A stretch of 64,000 nucleotides of DNA from Marsupella aquatica (taxonomy: Eukaryota > Plantae > Marchantiophyta): positions 4,241,595 to 4,305,594 of the forward strand of contig OZ316896.1 of assembly GCA_973895155.1 (NCBI GenBank), read 5' to 3'. The position numbers and the translations under genes were made by a program. The stretch's first letter is position 1, and every line of letters starts with the position of its first letter. Below are positions 26,831-39,888 of the stretch, one piece after another. Below the pieces are notes generated by a model. The model had not been told where the DNA came from. It did no database searches and saw nothing but the letters and a program-made list of their open reading frames with translations.

Positions 26831-29800
26831 CTTTTGGGTGGGGCAGACTGTTTCTATACTTTCTATGTATGAAAAGTTTCCGTGGTAAGAGGATACTCTA
26901 ACGGATACGTACCCAGTCTGACGGCACCATATTTAGGTTTACTATAATAGTACTCATGGTCCTAGAAACTCAACCCAAATCCTTGCTGGGTAATTTAATT
27001 CCACACCAGAAACTCAACCCCAACCCATGGGTACAATTATACAGTGAATTCTCACTAAGTGCACCCTCTGGGGAAAACGGATATGGCTTGCTAAACCAGG
27101 TGCTTCATGCTCTAATAGATAAGTGTGCTTCATTTACATTCATTTGTTAAATCTGTATGCACTATGGACGCCTCTGTCAATGAGCAGTCAGCCTCTTACC
27201 TCATATGCCTGCCTTAATTATGTGCCCACACTCCTTAAGTGCATTCTATACTCTATTAAGAATGGACATGCATTTATCGGTAAATGGGATTTCAGGAGTT
27301 TATGCGTTTACATACAAGTGGATACAAACACTTATCAAGGGTAAGTGCTTATAAAGTTGTTGTTTAGCGGAATGATTTTAGCCCTGTAAAAAAATGGAAA
27401 GAACAAGATGACATGCACTAATCAAGGGTAAGTGCTTATGGACTGTGCGCTTAGAGAGAGTTCACTGTATTACAGACTAGAAATGACCTTTTAGGTTACT
27501 ATAAATTTTGGTCATGGTCAAAGCAACCAAACCCCAACTCTTACCTGCTTACACCTCAAGTAGATTAAGACCATCCTCCAAAGGTTACCTGGTTTGATTG
27601 CACCCATTGTGAAAACAACCTTGTTTAATTAAGCTCACTACAAGACTGCAGCTGGACAGACAGGAGTCCTGCAGGTTGAGCCGCAGCAAGCCCCTTGTTT
27701 TCTCCCCTTTAATAGGGCATCTCAAATCTTGTGTGTTTGCCTCTGGCCGTGGTTAGCAATAAATTCCTAAGAAAAAAGAGGGGGTCCCAAAAATCTGTGT
27801 TAGCACACTCCTGATCCATGACCTAAACCAATAGTTTGGGCATCATTTTTTCCCGCAGCTTCAAAGGTTGAGACTCCCTATTGGGTCTCTGGCATTTGTG
27901 ATCCTATCTCCCTGTTAACACACTTTTGGTTATTTGGGTATAGAATATTAAATCTGCTCACAACCTTCTTTTACTTTATCATACTGCCATTCATGTAAAG
28001 TAATGCTTGGATGGATCACTCCCAGGAACCTTGCAAATCAGATTGCCAAGGTCACTTTTGACCAGGGCAGTACAAATGTTTTCTACAAGAAATTGATACT
28101 ATCTGAGTACAAGGAAGGTTTCTTTGAGGTCCATCTGAGAACTGTAGAGGCTTCATTTTAGTCATCCAAGTTTTCACAGCAGATGAATAATTATTGGGCC
28201 CTAACAAGAAAAACTTTGGGGTCTTTGTGAATCTTCCAAATGATTTCTCATATAAAATTTAAGATCATTCTAAGCATCCTTGTGTAAACATGGACTTTTC
28301 AGTGTAGTATTTTTTTCAAATTAAGAAATGAGAACAGGAGAATAATATTCTGGAATCAAGTTAGTTACTGAAATGAAAATCAATTAATGTCTCAACCAGT
28401 CCTGCTCAGTAGATAACAATTTTGAAACCGAGTAATGAACCCAGTCAGAATCAAAATAGTGTGTTGTCTTCCAAATACTGATCCAGCTACCAAAAAACTC
28501 AGTGTCTGGAAATCTGATAGTATATTAGTAAATGGGTTGGACACAACCTTTTGCATTTTAGTCATTGGTTCGGACAACACCTAGTTACAGTAGGTTTTCC
28601 ACTAAGTGTTGGACCTGTTCTACCACGTTGGAGGTGTTGGGGGTTGTATACCCTATCTTTGACCCTTTCGTATGGGCATGTGTGGTTTTGTAGAGTGGAG
28701 GCCTTACCCTCAGTTTCTCCCATCAGTCCCTTCTTTCGAGAAGGGGTGGTTGTTACACTACAATTGAGTACTAAAATTGATAAAGAAAAATAGCTCAATT
28801 GGGTGACAAAGGTGACCCTATCAAGGAGAGAGTTTGAATTCTGCTTTTGAAAGCTACTTGATAGGTCTGTCCACCCTGGGCTATCCGGAGTGCAACCTCG
28901 AATCATTTTCTGTTTTAAAAGCAAGCTTTACTGAAGAAAAGTGCAATAGCAACAAAAAAGATAACCTATACACTGGAAAGTCAGCGTTTACAGCAAGATG
29001 TAAATTCTTTCAGTGCATATCACTAGGTTTTATCCCGCACTCCACAAATATTGTCAGCTAGGCCCAAAATTTTAATAATTATTTGTTTTTCATGCCAATC
29101 TGGGTTGGTAACACGGTAGAGTGAAGTACTAGAGTGAAACCAAACAGACCATGATGTGAGTGAGCCATTTCTATGGCTATGACTGCGCATAGCTCAAGCA
29201 GTTGAACGAGTACCACATAAACATGGGACCCATAGTTTTGGTTTTTGGGGAAATGAAAGGAGGGAAACCCACCGGACCCATGATTTTGCGTCTTGGGGGA
29301 GTGAAAGGAGGAAACCTATTAGACCCATGGTTTTGGTTTTTGGGGGAATGAAAGGAGGGAAACTCATGGGACCTACGGTTTTATCTCAGACCCTCAAAGG
29401 CTCATATTTTTCCGATTGTCAACAACAGACAATTGTTTTTAAATGTCATTTTTTGGGATAGAGGGGAGGGAACCCAGACCAAGAAAGCAAGCGGCTGAGC
29501 CGGCTAGCCAGATATGGCCATGAATTAATGTTGTTTGATACAGTGGTGCCATCTGAGTGCACGCAAAACAAAATAGTTACTAACATTTGGGGCCTAACTA
29601 ACAAAATAAATGGGAGTCCTTGTGGAAACCTTGGATGAATTCTGTCATGTAGATTTTAAGACTGACTTTTCAGTGTATAGGTTGTCCTTAAATTGAAAGA
29701 CAATCTGGCCTTGGATAATTTCTTAAAATGAAAAATAGTTCATGTTTAGCATGGACAGCAGTGGGAAGTCTACTAATAGGAAAAGTCAACTTCATGAAAG

Positions 29801-30835
29801 AAATGTGCAATATGCAACCTGTAAATGTTTTACTTGGTTCTTGAAGACTTGATTAGGTCAACACAAGAAGCCCATTTGGATCCAGTTGGATGTTTGGAGA
29901 CAACTGTGCCATACCCAGCTCGTCATCAAAATTTGAAAACAGACAAATGAAGTGGGGGCCCTGGATGCTTCAACTCTTGGCCTGTCCAGCTGCCAATTGG
30001 AAATGACTTATTTGGCATCAAATGACACATAGACATTTGTCGAAAAGTTAGTGGCGTCCTTTCCCTCGAACTCTATCCTCAATCTCCACAAAATTATAGT
30101 TTAAACCTAAAATTATTAATGAATGAGAGTTGGGGACTCCGGTTGTAATTCTGTGGGGCCGTGATTGGGGCTCCACCAGCACATAGATTAGGGTATTCTG
30201 GAAGTTGAATTTGCATGATTTCCCTGGGTGGCTTTGCAAGAAGTTGGGGCCACTTATTATTCTGAAGATAGACTCCACACCAAAAAATATTTGAACTGAT
30301 GTTTGATTAATCAAAATGCATATTATTTGAATGAAGTAACCAAAGTTTAGAATGTTTGGACCACTTATGGAGGTGATATAAAGTTCTAGACAAAATTAAC
30401 ACTCCACATGAGCATCCTTGGGCCCATTGCTTGCCATGTAAGATACAAAGACCTCAGGCCTGAATCGGGCCCTTAATCTTCGTGAATCAACTGCAGCATT
30501 CTCATTATACAGTCCCAATTTAATCTTACGCTATTTACAATTACTTTGCCCTTGTTTTGCTACACCCTAGTTTGAGGTGTCCATCCGAGGCTTTAGAACT
30601 GTGTCTAGAATCAACCATTTTGTATAGGGGATAGTCTTTCCAAAGGCCAAGGAACTTCTGGGATCCTTTGAAAAACTAAGATACTAGCCTATGCCATTTA
30701 TGCAAGGCATGACAGGAAAAAATCCAGGAGCCCCAAAAAGGGACAAATGACCCCCCACACCCCTGAAATCGGTTGAGGTAAAATGGTAGAGCATGATGTC
30801 ACACAAAACCAGTGTACAATATACAATTTATACCA

Positions 30836-30871
<36 letters not shown>

Positions 30872-33800
30872 GTTACATCCATAGCCAAGAGCAGAAATGC
30901 ACCATGCCATACATCCCCATAGCCTGCCAAATACAAACTGCTCTGACTGTAACTAGTTTCTCTCTTCTCTCTCTCTCAGTCTCTCACTCCAGAAGTCTGA
31001 TCTCTAAGATCCACAATAAAGTATTACTACAGGTACGCCCCTTCTCCACTAGTCTAAACTCAATTGACGTTAAGAAAAAACATAAATAGTTATTGTAACC
31101 TAACCAGACACTGGAGTTAAGTTCCAATAAAATCCATGTGAAAGCAAGTGAGCCTAGATGTTGAAGACTAGAGACCTTGGGTCTTGAATGGGTATTACTG
31201 TAGTCATCCACCAATTGATGTTTATCATCATGTGAGTCCAAGTGTTGTCAAAGTGTAAGACACTATCTAGTGCTAACCACCCCGCAAAAGGAACTCTGTT
31301 ATGTCTACTATAGTTTGGAGAACATATTGAACTTCTGATTATGTCTTATGTTGGCTTGAGTTTGTGAGATCCGATGTTGCTAAACTTGATAAACCTGAAA
31401 AGAGACAACGTTGTACCATAGGATCCGTCAACTTATCTAATTTGGAGAGAGTGTACTAACAATTCAACGTTATTTTTGAAATTCTTATTTTTGGAATGAA
31501 ATTTGAACTAATTTTTATAATCGGTTGTAAACAATTAAGATACATCTTAAAAATAAAATACATTCTTATTTGGAGGAAATTAATTTGCATGAAGGGGGTA
31601 ACAATAGGGCAGGACACATCGCATCTTATCATTGGTACGCATGCCCAATTCTTATCTCACCATGCATATACATATAATATTATGCTTTGAATTTTTGCCT
31701 ATGCTTAAGGGCATTAGTGTGAATCTTATAGGGGGTGAGATTAGGGTGAGGGTTTGAAGCGGGGGGTTAGGCCAGGGTGCAGGGTGGGGCTATACGGGGA
31801 GGAGGGACCTATTGTCACCTACTCTGACCAACAAGTCAAATTACTCCCCCCCTGGGAATGTTCTCACTTGTCCAAGAAAGGGGAGTGAATGGTAACTATT
31901 ATGAGGCGACTAGAACAGGTTATACCACTTGAGCCCATTTTCATTACTGAAAAACATTGTGTTAGAATGGGGAGCCCCAAAAGAAAAGTAAACCCTATTT
32001 TTTAGGGGTAAGAAAGGGAAATTTATGGGAAGGAGATAATAATGGGCATTGGGGGGAGCGTGATTAAAGGTATACCCCGTTAGTTTACATATAGCGAGGG
32101 CCGGGGGTTACTTCTGGTCTAGACCCCCTCCAGATGGGTCTGGTGGGGACCCTCACTACCCGGCTCAACACCTGGTTTTGGGTTGCCTGGTCCTTACAGT
32201 TTTGCATTATGTTTATCTATGACGGGGAAGGAAGTGCTGAATTGAGGTGGACAATTGTTGTCTGCCAGCCAGCAAGTACGGTATGTGGGACTTTCAGGTT
32301 AGCGTAACAAATATATAATAATTACACTGACTAAATTATAGGACGCTTTTGTGGAAGCTGAAAAACGTTTCTATTGCATATTTTAGAAACCATTTTTTAA
32401 TGTCAGCAGTGACTTATCAGTGGAGACACTGTTTTTTAGAGTTAGGGAATAAGATCTGGAGGAATTTTTATTGGAATTGCCCAATCGGGTGGAAGTAAAA
32501 GAAAATAAGGATTTTGCACAGGTGCAGTGTGAATCTGAACATGCTACTGCAACCTTATTCCAAGAAAGTCTTTCACATGTAGAGAAAAAACCTTACACAA
32601 AGGGTTTCTAAGGGTCAGATTTCATGTCTCTATGTGCTCATGAAGCACCAGGATGTGTGAGGAGGAACTGCTGTGGAGCTTGGATCTTCCAGGAATGGAC
32701 TTGTTGGATGAATGTTGAGGAAGGATGGGGAGGGCAGGAGCTATGGAGACTGAATCAAGTCTAATGGTTCAGCTCAGGTGGTCAGGGCATGGTCACTATC
32801 TGGAGGGTCATACATCACTAGGGTTTGGGGTATGTGCGATCCCCTTTAATCACTCTAAATAAGGTTGAATCATATGATGACATGCAAGTAATATAAAGAA
32901 AAAAACTTTGTATAATTACTAACATCTAAATATATATCTCTCAAAATGATTAAACTGACCTTATATTTTATCACACTTGATGTAGTACTTCCATGGAAGA
33001 GATCCCGCTCCCCCCCCCCCTTCACTAGTTCACGAGGGTGTGTGTAAAGTATACATCCGGTGTGGGGTAGTGGGGGTCATCTTGGATGCTCCGGGTGGGT
33101 AGTGGCCTGACAAGGCCTTTAGTCAAACCTCAATATCTTACTGTAGTAGAAGGGTTCATGTTGTGTGTTTATGTGTGTTTGAAAAAAACAATTGTCATGT
33201 ACATGAGTCACGTAAATGAGACAGGGATGGCCCTTGGGTCTAAGAATCCATTGACCCCCTTGTATATGAATGCCCTATATGGACTAAAATTCATGATCTT
33301 TTCCATGGAGTGAAGCCATATGTCGTCGGGGTGGAGCACAGGGAAGCAGCAAACCCAAGTCAGGATTATGCATCCAGACCAGTCTTCTCCCTTGATGAGT
33401 GCCGTGTTTGGCTCGGGATGAGCGAATAGACCTTTGTAACTACTTAACAATCCTCTTCCGATGGAACCCTTCTCCAGCCCTGGGTTATTAGGCTTCGCAC
33501 CAATATGAACTGAACACCACTACAACTCTTCTACTACTACTACTGCATGGAAAGCCCGTCGGATATTCAAGAGACCTATGCACCACTGATCAAAAAGGGG
33601 CACCAAGTCACGGACTAATTTTCTAAAGGTATGACTATGCATAGTTCTCGTGATCCTAACTTTCGGTTTTGGCATCCTGGCTACAGGCTTCCGCACCCGA
33701 CGTCCTATCATGATTGTATCCGGACCAAGTATAGGGCTGTGAGTTTGGTCTAGGCTTAGCCTGGACGTCCACTCAGAGTGCTCTACTTTGTCCGAACCTC

Positions 33801-36800
33801 CCCGGAGCACACCTTCTCCTTTCTGACCACGAGGTCACAAGACGGTACTCATTAGCGGAGGTGAACCCTTCCCACTGCGTCTGAACCACCCGGGGATAGG
33901 AAAAAGGGGACACTACCTCTTTTCCCTTATCCACCCCCGAATGGTGCGTATGCCACCAGATCAGTATAAAAGGCTTTCGTCCTATGAGTTATTCCACGGG
34001 ACGAAGACGTGAGGTGGTGCGTAGGGGTTAATTTCCAGCTAGACTCCTTGACTCACGTCACCATTGGGGCTCTTCATCTTTACTCTTATCGTAGGCGAGA
34101 CACCTAGTCATTAAGAACAATTGAGCTCGTCCACTCTTGACGCTGGTCCGGATAGACTACAATAGAGGGGAAAACCTCCTCCTGTTGTCACTATTGTGAG
34201 CATCCGAACCTGACTTCCCCAACGACATTCTCTACTGTAAATTCAATAAAGACTGACTTATTAGAATGGGAAAAGAACATTACACACCAACGCGATTATC
34301 CTTGCAAGAATGTGTACCATATAACTGAGCAATGCTCTCCCCCCTTTGCCCATGACAGGCCAGGGGTTTAAATACTTTACAATCTATGCTAAGAATGGGG
34401 TAATGGCCACCATTCTTCTACGAAGCGATGTGCTTCCCTAACCTAATCCTATCCACCGCTCTTTCACTCCTCTGGCACAACAGGCGGTCACCTTATTTCT
34501 CTTTCGTGGGCGGCCTCCCACGCGGCTACCTCTAGATCCCTTGCTGCCACTGCCGTAATTCGGCGGCGAGTCCAACGCTATCATTGGAGCTCATTCCGCT
34601 GCCTCAACCATCGTTCCTCCCGTTCCCCTGGCGTCTCACCCGCGACCACACACCAATTGTGGTATTCTTTGTAAGTGTTAGGACCCCATTCATCCTCAAG
34701 CTCAATCTTGTTGTCCATGGTGTCGGGATTGGGCTGGTATACCATGAGGTATGCCCGAGTTGACGCTGGTGGTCCTCTGCATCTAATGATGGGGTCCTCC
34801 CCCTTCAAGAACTTGGCGCTTATTAACAAATTGTACATCCGCGCGGCTGCTGGCCCCGCCCGGCAAAATAGCTTCCACATGATCATCCCTTTACACTTCA
34901 TCTCGCCATTAAGATCCACGTCAACTTTGCCTGCTTGTCCGGATCAATCCACTACCTCAATTAGAGAGCGCGCAAAACAGTACCATCGGAAGTAGCGGGT
35001 GTCTACAATCGAACGCCCGAAAATATATCGATTTGTAAGGGCATTTATCCACCGTCGGAGTTAAGCCAAAAGACTTAATGGTGGATCGGCCTTGTGCTGG
35101 GGCAGTCGCATCCTAACCCGGGGATCATGCTGCCATATTGAATGATATACAGGTATAGGGTTGGTCTTGATGTGTAGACCAAACCCGTCATCGTCCACAA
35201 TCTCCCGAAAGAATTGGTGTGGTGTCCAGAAGATTGCAGGTCCAAAGTAATTTCCTAATCTATAATTATGTACACTTGCCTCTAACCATCTAATTACATT
35301 CTCCGTAGGGGTCACCCTTTCCCAAAAGGATGTCTTCTCCCAAACACCCAGACTCAAATCAACTGGATCAAAGGGAAGCTCGTCGGTTCGGATAGTGTCT
35401 CCCACACAAGCCACTGCAGCTGGATCTCTACCTAGTGAATAAAAATGAGTCATGGCAAGATGACTGAATTGGGGTAGGGCAGGGAGGTCTACAAAGCTCA
35501 TCCACTCATTGGTTACTATAAGATGGGAGGTGTAGTAAGGATTAAAAATCATACTCGTCCTATTTCTCTCTTCGTTGTGCCATCCGGCCGTTTGGAGAAA
35601 AGTAACTAGGCAGGGCAGAGTATACTTCCCACAGTTGGTATGGATTTCTCTTGCCGCCCAAGACTTCATCACTACTTCTCCTAAATCAAAGACTTTTCTA
35701 TGTACTGCTAAACTATAGAACCAATGGAGTTTCCACGCCGGACAGTCGGGATACGTAGTATCCGCATCTGCCATGAGGGCCACATAATGGGGGTGGCCAG
35801 CGTGCTCCCACTCCAGTTTGGACAGCAAGATTTGTGTGACTCTGTTGTTGGCCCTTCCTCCCAATCTAAAATATAAGTCTGTGGGTTGGGTGAACCCAAT
35901 GGCTCCCGACCATTTGAAGAATGGAGGCATAATCTGATCCGGACTGGGATGTTGTACCAAAATCCAATCCCAATCGTCCGGACGAATGGCCCTCTTGTTA
36001 ATCCTTGCTGTAGCCAAAATAACACGAAGGGTTTCCAACCCCATAGCTTCATCAACTTCAATAGCATTTTGAGATGCTATCTTTTGCTCAGTGAATAATT
36101 TCCACGAGTTTACACTCACCTTCTTGAGTTGTTCCAGCCTCCTCTTGTGCACTGAATCTGCCAGTGCATCCTTCAATAACTTAGCTGCCGTGGCAGCCTC
36201 ATGCGGCAGGCTCTGCACTTATAGGTCCCAAGCCTCGTAAGTGTCCGTCGAAATCCGAACCACCTTATTGCATTGCTGGATGAGCTCCTTACTTGCTACT
36301 TCCTGTAGCATCTCTTCCTCTCCTTCTCCCTGCTTTCTCCTTCTTCTTCTAACGCGGCAACGTATGCCTGCTTCTCCTCCAATTGTCCTTGTAGCTCATG
36401 ATTGACTCTCCTTACTTCTTGGAGCTTCTCTTCACACTCCAAAGCCCCCAGTTTGGCTGACGCCTCTTTGTCTACGAGCTCTTCCATTCTTTTCCCATGC
36501 GCAGTCAGCTGGTCGGACAGCCGGAGTGCCAATTGTTCTCCTTCCCCTACTCTCTGCTCCAACTCTTCAATTACCCTTTGCAGCTCATCGGCTTTCAGCT
36601 GGGACACAGAATTGCACTTTGCATGCTGGGTGGTTACCTCCTTTAACTCCTCTTTGGCGGTCGACAAGAGGTGACTCCATTCTTCCTCCTTGTCAGCCAG
36701 CAGCTCCTGCAGCTTCTTTCTATCCTTCTGGGCCTTTCCTAACTCGACCTTTAGGGCCTGTGAGCCAACCTTCTCCGTCCGGACCGCCTCCCGGGTCTGC

Positions 36801-39800
36801 TGCAGGGCTGTGGTTGCTTCCTCATTTTTCTCCCTTGCTTTGTCTAGCAATCCCTCTGAGTCCTCCAGCTGTTTCAATGCAAGCTTGTTAGATTCAGACT
36901 TCTTATGTACCTTTATGAGGAGTCGCTCAACCTTCTCTTCTGCTACCCTCAGCCTCTCCATGTCCCGAATCTTGCCCTCCGATTCCAAGATTGCTATCCT
37001 CACCATTGCCTTGCTCTCCTTCAAATCCCTCAACTAGTAATGTAAATCCCTGGTGTTGGGGATTGGCTTCCCTATGAACGCCAGACGTTGGGCGGGAGTC
37101 CTCAACTCTGCCAGATTGGTGGTATCCCAAAGTTTGGACAGCGTGGGTTGTTGGAAGGTGGCATGCCTCCCTTTTTCTTCTTCTTCTTTGTCTTCATTTT
37201 CCTCCGGGAGGGTTACTGCCCTCCGTTTCCTCTTGAGGCTCCTTCGACATTGCTCGGCCTACTCACTCAGGTTTCGTCAGGATTCTGCTCCTCCCTCACT
37301 CTCTGCATCCGAGTTTTGAGGTGCTTCGCCCTCCTCTTCCTCCTCGTCAGTCTCAAAATCCTCTTCATTGTATTCCGGTGGATCCACATTAACATTAGCT
37401 GTGGATCCCAACTCCGCCCTTACTGGTACTATCTCCTGGGCTTCTTCTTGATCTTCTGACTCCGACTCTCTTGAGTCTGAATTGTCCGGCGGAGCTCTAC
37501 TGACTGTCTCCAGGATCTCAAAACATTGTGTACTACAACTCCTAGTTGATACGCTAATAGTGACGGGAACTTCGGACAGCCCTTTGCGTCGATCAACGGA
37601 TACACTCGCCTTCCATAGCTGAAGCGGATGGAGGGATCCCACGAATAGGGCCCTTGCGATGAGAATTCCTGGTAGTGTGGCATGATGGTACCCGCTCTTA
37701 ACCATCACCCACTTGGTGCAAAACTCGATGAAGTTGCAGTACTCCTTCTGCTGGATGGCGTCGTACTGTATATTTCCTCGACTTATCCGGACCTCTGCCT
37801 GTTGCAAGAAGCTTGCTACGCCTGCTTCCTCGAGGGGGTCTACTTGGTACGTGAGAGGCAGCCGTCCTACCGTGGGAAGATCGAACATTGCGCACAACTT
37901 TTCCTTGGAATGGATTTTTTATAAATTTTAATACCGTGAAACCCCACGGATAGGGGGGGACAACAAAGGCCAATGCAGCCAGAACCTAACAACACAGCAG
38001 GGGCAACAGTCCGGGGCCAACACACCCCAGCAGCCCCACACCCCCAATAGGGCCCCTGGGAGCCCAACATTGCGCACAACTTTTGGTTGGAGAAAGTATA
38101 AGTCTTTCCCCGGTACATAATAAACACCCCCTCGGGTGACACTGTTACCTTAGTGATTCGTGAACAGATTTCTCCTCCTTGAGAAGTTGATAGATAGCGA
38201 TCCATTCGGACCTCCGTAATGGAGTTGCGGATCTTCTCTTCGGCCGACAGGGCTCCCTTCTTGTTCTTGGCCGGGGGAACCTCTGCTCTTTGTGCTCCTG
38301 CCGCTTCCATTTTTGCTCGATGTAAGTGAGGAGTGAGTGGATAGTGCTGGTGATCACCAAGTGCTCTCGTAAGGGGGGGGGGGGGGGTGGTTTTTCGAGT
38401 GTTCTAATGTGTTGTGAGACGAAAAATAGCCCGCCTTCCTGCCTTAAGCTCAAATGTGGAGCCTCTTTGGTTTGCGGATGTTCGGAAGGGTGGGACGGTC
38501 GTTGTCTTGTTATCGTGAAGTGCCTCGGTCCAGCGGCTCAATTCTGACGATCCTAATCACGGCGTTATTCTGGTGGCGCTCATGATTGCCCCTTTACTCA
38601 TGACTTGGTAAAGGTATAGTACCTATCGTGGTTGTGTACGCAGCTTCCTCTTCCTTCGTTTGCCAGCGGTATCTTAAGTACATATTATGGTTATCCTAAC
38701 CGTATTAGGGTAATAATGGTGTTTTACTGAAAGAGAAATAAATGATGGGGTGATAAATTTTCTCATACTAACATTTATTTTTATTAGACTATGTTTATGA
38801 GTAGTGGCACACCCCCATCAGCTTTTTGTTGTTTGCATGTGGAACCTTCCTACTCCACAGGGCCACCAGATGAGTCAGCTGGACTTCCAAGTTAGAAAAC
38901 CAACATAACCTTTTTATCGAATTAGATTTTGCCCTAAATTCTCATTCAGTGAGGGCATTGAGTGGAAAAGTGATTTGGTGAGGCCAGCTGAGTGGAAAAT
39001 TTCAATGTGTCAAGTCTCTAGAGTGAAACAGAGATTCATCCAGGAAATTTTCCAAAAAGGAAAGGAAGCATTATCTTACTAATAAACTGCAAAGCTATTT
39101 TTGAGAGCTATTGTGTAGAGTGAAGTCTCTAGGCTGTAACTCTCAATAAATACAAAACAAAAAAGTAGAGTGGACAAACAACAAAGATAGAGCAAAAATG
39201 AACCAGAAATAATATACAATATCCTTTACTGCAGGATTATTTAGTGTCTTGGTCTCTAATGATGTTCAAGGACTTAGGAGGTGATAATCAAATTAGGGGT
39301 GGGGGTGAAAATGGGGATAGGGGTGGAGTAGTGCAGTGAGTATTCTGCTGGAAGTATTACTCTGTATTTGAAAATAGGGCTGCCTGTGAAGAGAGCAGAT
39401 GAATATGGGCCGCATGTGAAAAGAGTCAACGGATTACGCAGGCCATCTCTGACTAGGTGAACCGCTATCATCGAGTGTCAAGAGCTATGGTAAAATGGCC
39501 AGCTCTTTGTCAATTGCTTGGAGAAGTTTTGGTCAGCTATTTGGTATAATCCAATACATGACAAGTGCCCACATCCGGAACGGATTTACCACACCCTAAT
39601 TCTGATTGTTGGCTGATGTGCTGAGTGTTATTTCCTTCTACATGTATGAATATTGCGTTTTGATTTGCAATAGCATTTGGTATAATACATTACATGAGAA
39701 GTGCCCACATCCTGAACGGATTTTCCACACCCCAATAAATTTGATTGTTGGCTGATGTATTGAGTGTTATTTGCTTCTACAAGTATGAATAATGCTTTTC

Positions 39801-39888
39801 GATTTGCAGTTACCACGATCAGGAAGGGGCCGAAGTGTTTACCGAGCCGGGCAGGAGTGAGGAAGGCAAGAGACTGAGACTGGTCTAG
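26613..39888 (+). CDS. tentative four-exon small-protein gene (~104 aa); exons 26613-26746, 26802-26824, 39378-39456, 39810-39888
   Basis: GT-AG sites with compatible phases (2,1,2) give an ATG-to-TAG frame, MRDSAPYPH..NYCLE-EDKTSCS-WLPVKR..PSLT-SYHDQ..LRLV. No homology recognised. Confidence 0.25.
27042..27467. mobile_element. Tc1/mariner (pogo-like) MITE
   Basis: TIRs CAGTGAATTCTCACTAAGTGCAC and CAGTGAACTCTCTCTAAGCGCAC (20/23), TA on both flanks, 426 bp, non-coding. Related ends lie near 7158-7180 and 59395-59418. Confidence 0.8.
29222..29382. repeat. ~50-bp minisatellite, ~3.3 copies
   Basis: GACCCAT.GTTTTG..TTGGGG.A.TGAAAGGAGG.AAAC repeated. Confidence 0.85.
30838..30871. repeat. (CA)n(TA)n microsatellite
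   Basis: Read directly from the sequence. Confidence 0.95.
32209..32821 (+). pseudogene. decayed two-exon orphan ORF (~185 codons)
   Basis: ATG at 32209, a GTATGT..TATAG intron at 32281-32341 joins in phase 0, then 160 codons with several internal stops. Confidence 0.3.
33208..34228 (-). pseudogene. decayed orphan ORF (~340 codons)
   Basis: Track ORFs 33520-33810 and 33208-33450 share a frame separated by one TAG. An upstream part starts at ATG 34228, just after a TTTACAG acceptor-like site. Confidence 0.4.
34581..38310 (-). pseudogene. decayed ~1180-codon intronless ORF: retrotransposon accessory-ORF-like N-terminus, acidic linker, coiled coil, Trp-rich C-terminal region
   Basis: Five track ORFs concatenate after removing a 182-bp insertion and TSD, reading through point stops and one frameshift near 36290. 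The N-terminal YRGKTYTFSNQKLCAMFDLPTVG resembles Athila/Tat accessory-ORF domains. Confidence 0.65.
37903..38065 (-). mobile_element. 163-bp retroposed insertion with 19-bp TSD
   Basis: AACATTGCGCACAACTTTT at 37884-37902 and 38066-38084. Removing the insertion restores the host reading frame. Confidence 0.9.
39540..39808. repeat. 136-bp tandem duplication (2 copies)
   Basis: TTTGGTATAAT..AAGTGCCCACATCC.GAACGGATTT..GATTGTTGGCTGATGT..GATTTGCA at 39540 and 39676. Confidence 0.9.

Noticed and set aside
36296-37033. Host myosin/SMC-like gene
   Set aside because: Generic coiled coil that is one segment of the larger decayed intronless ORF.
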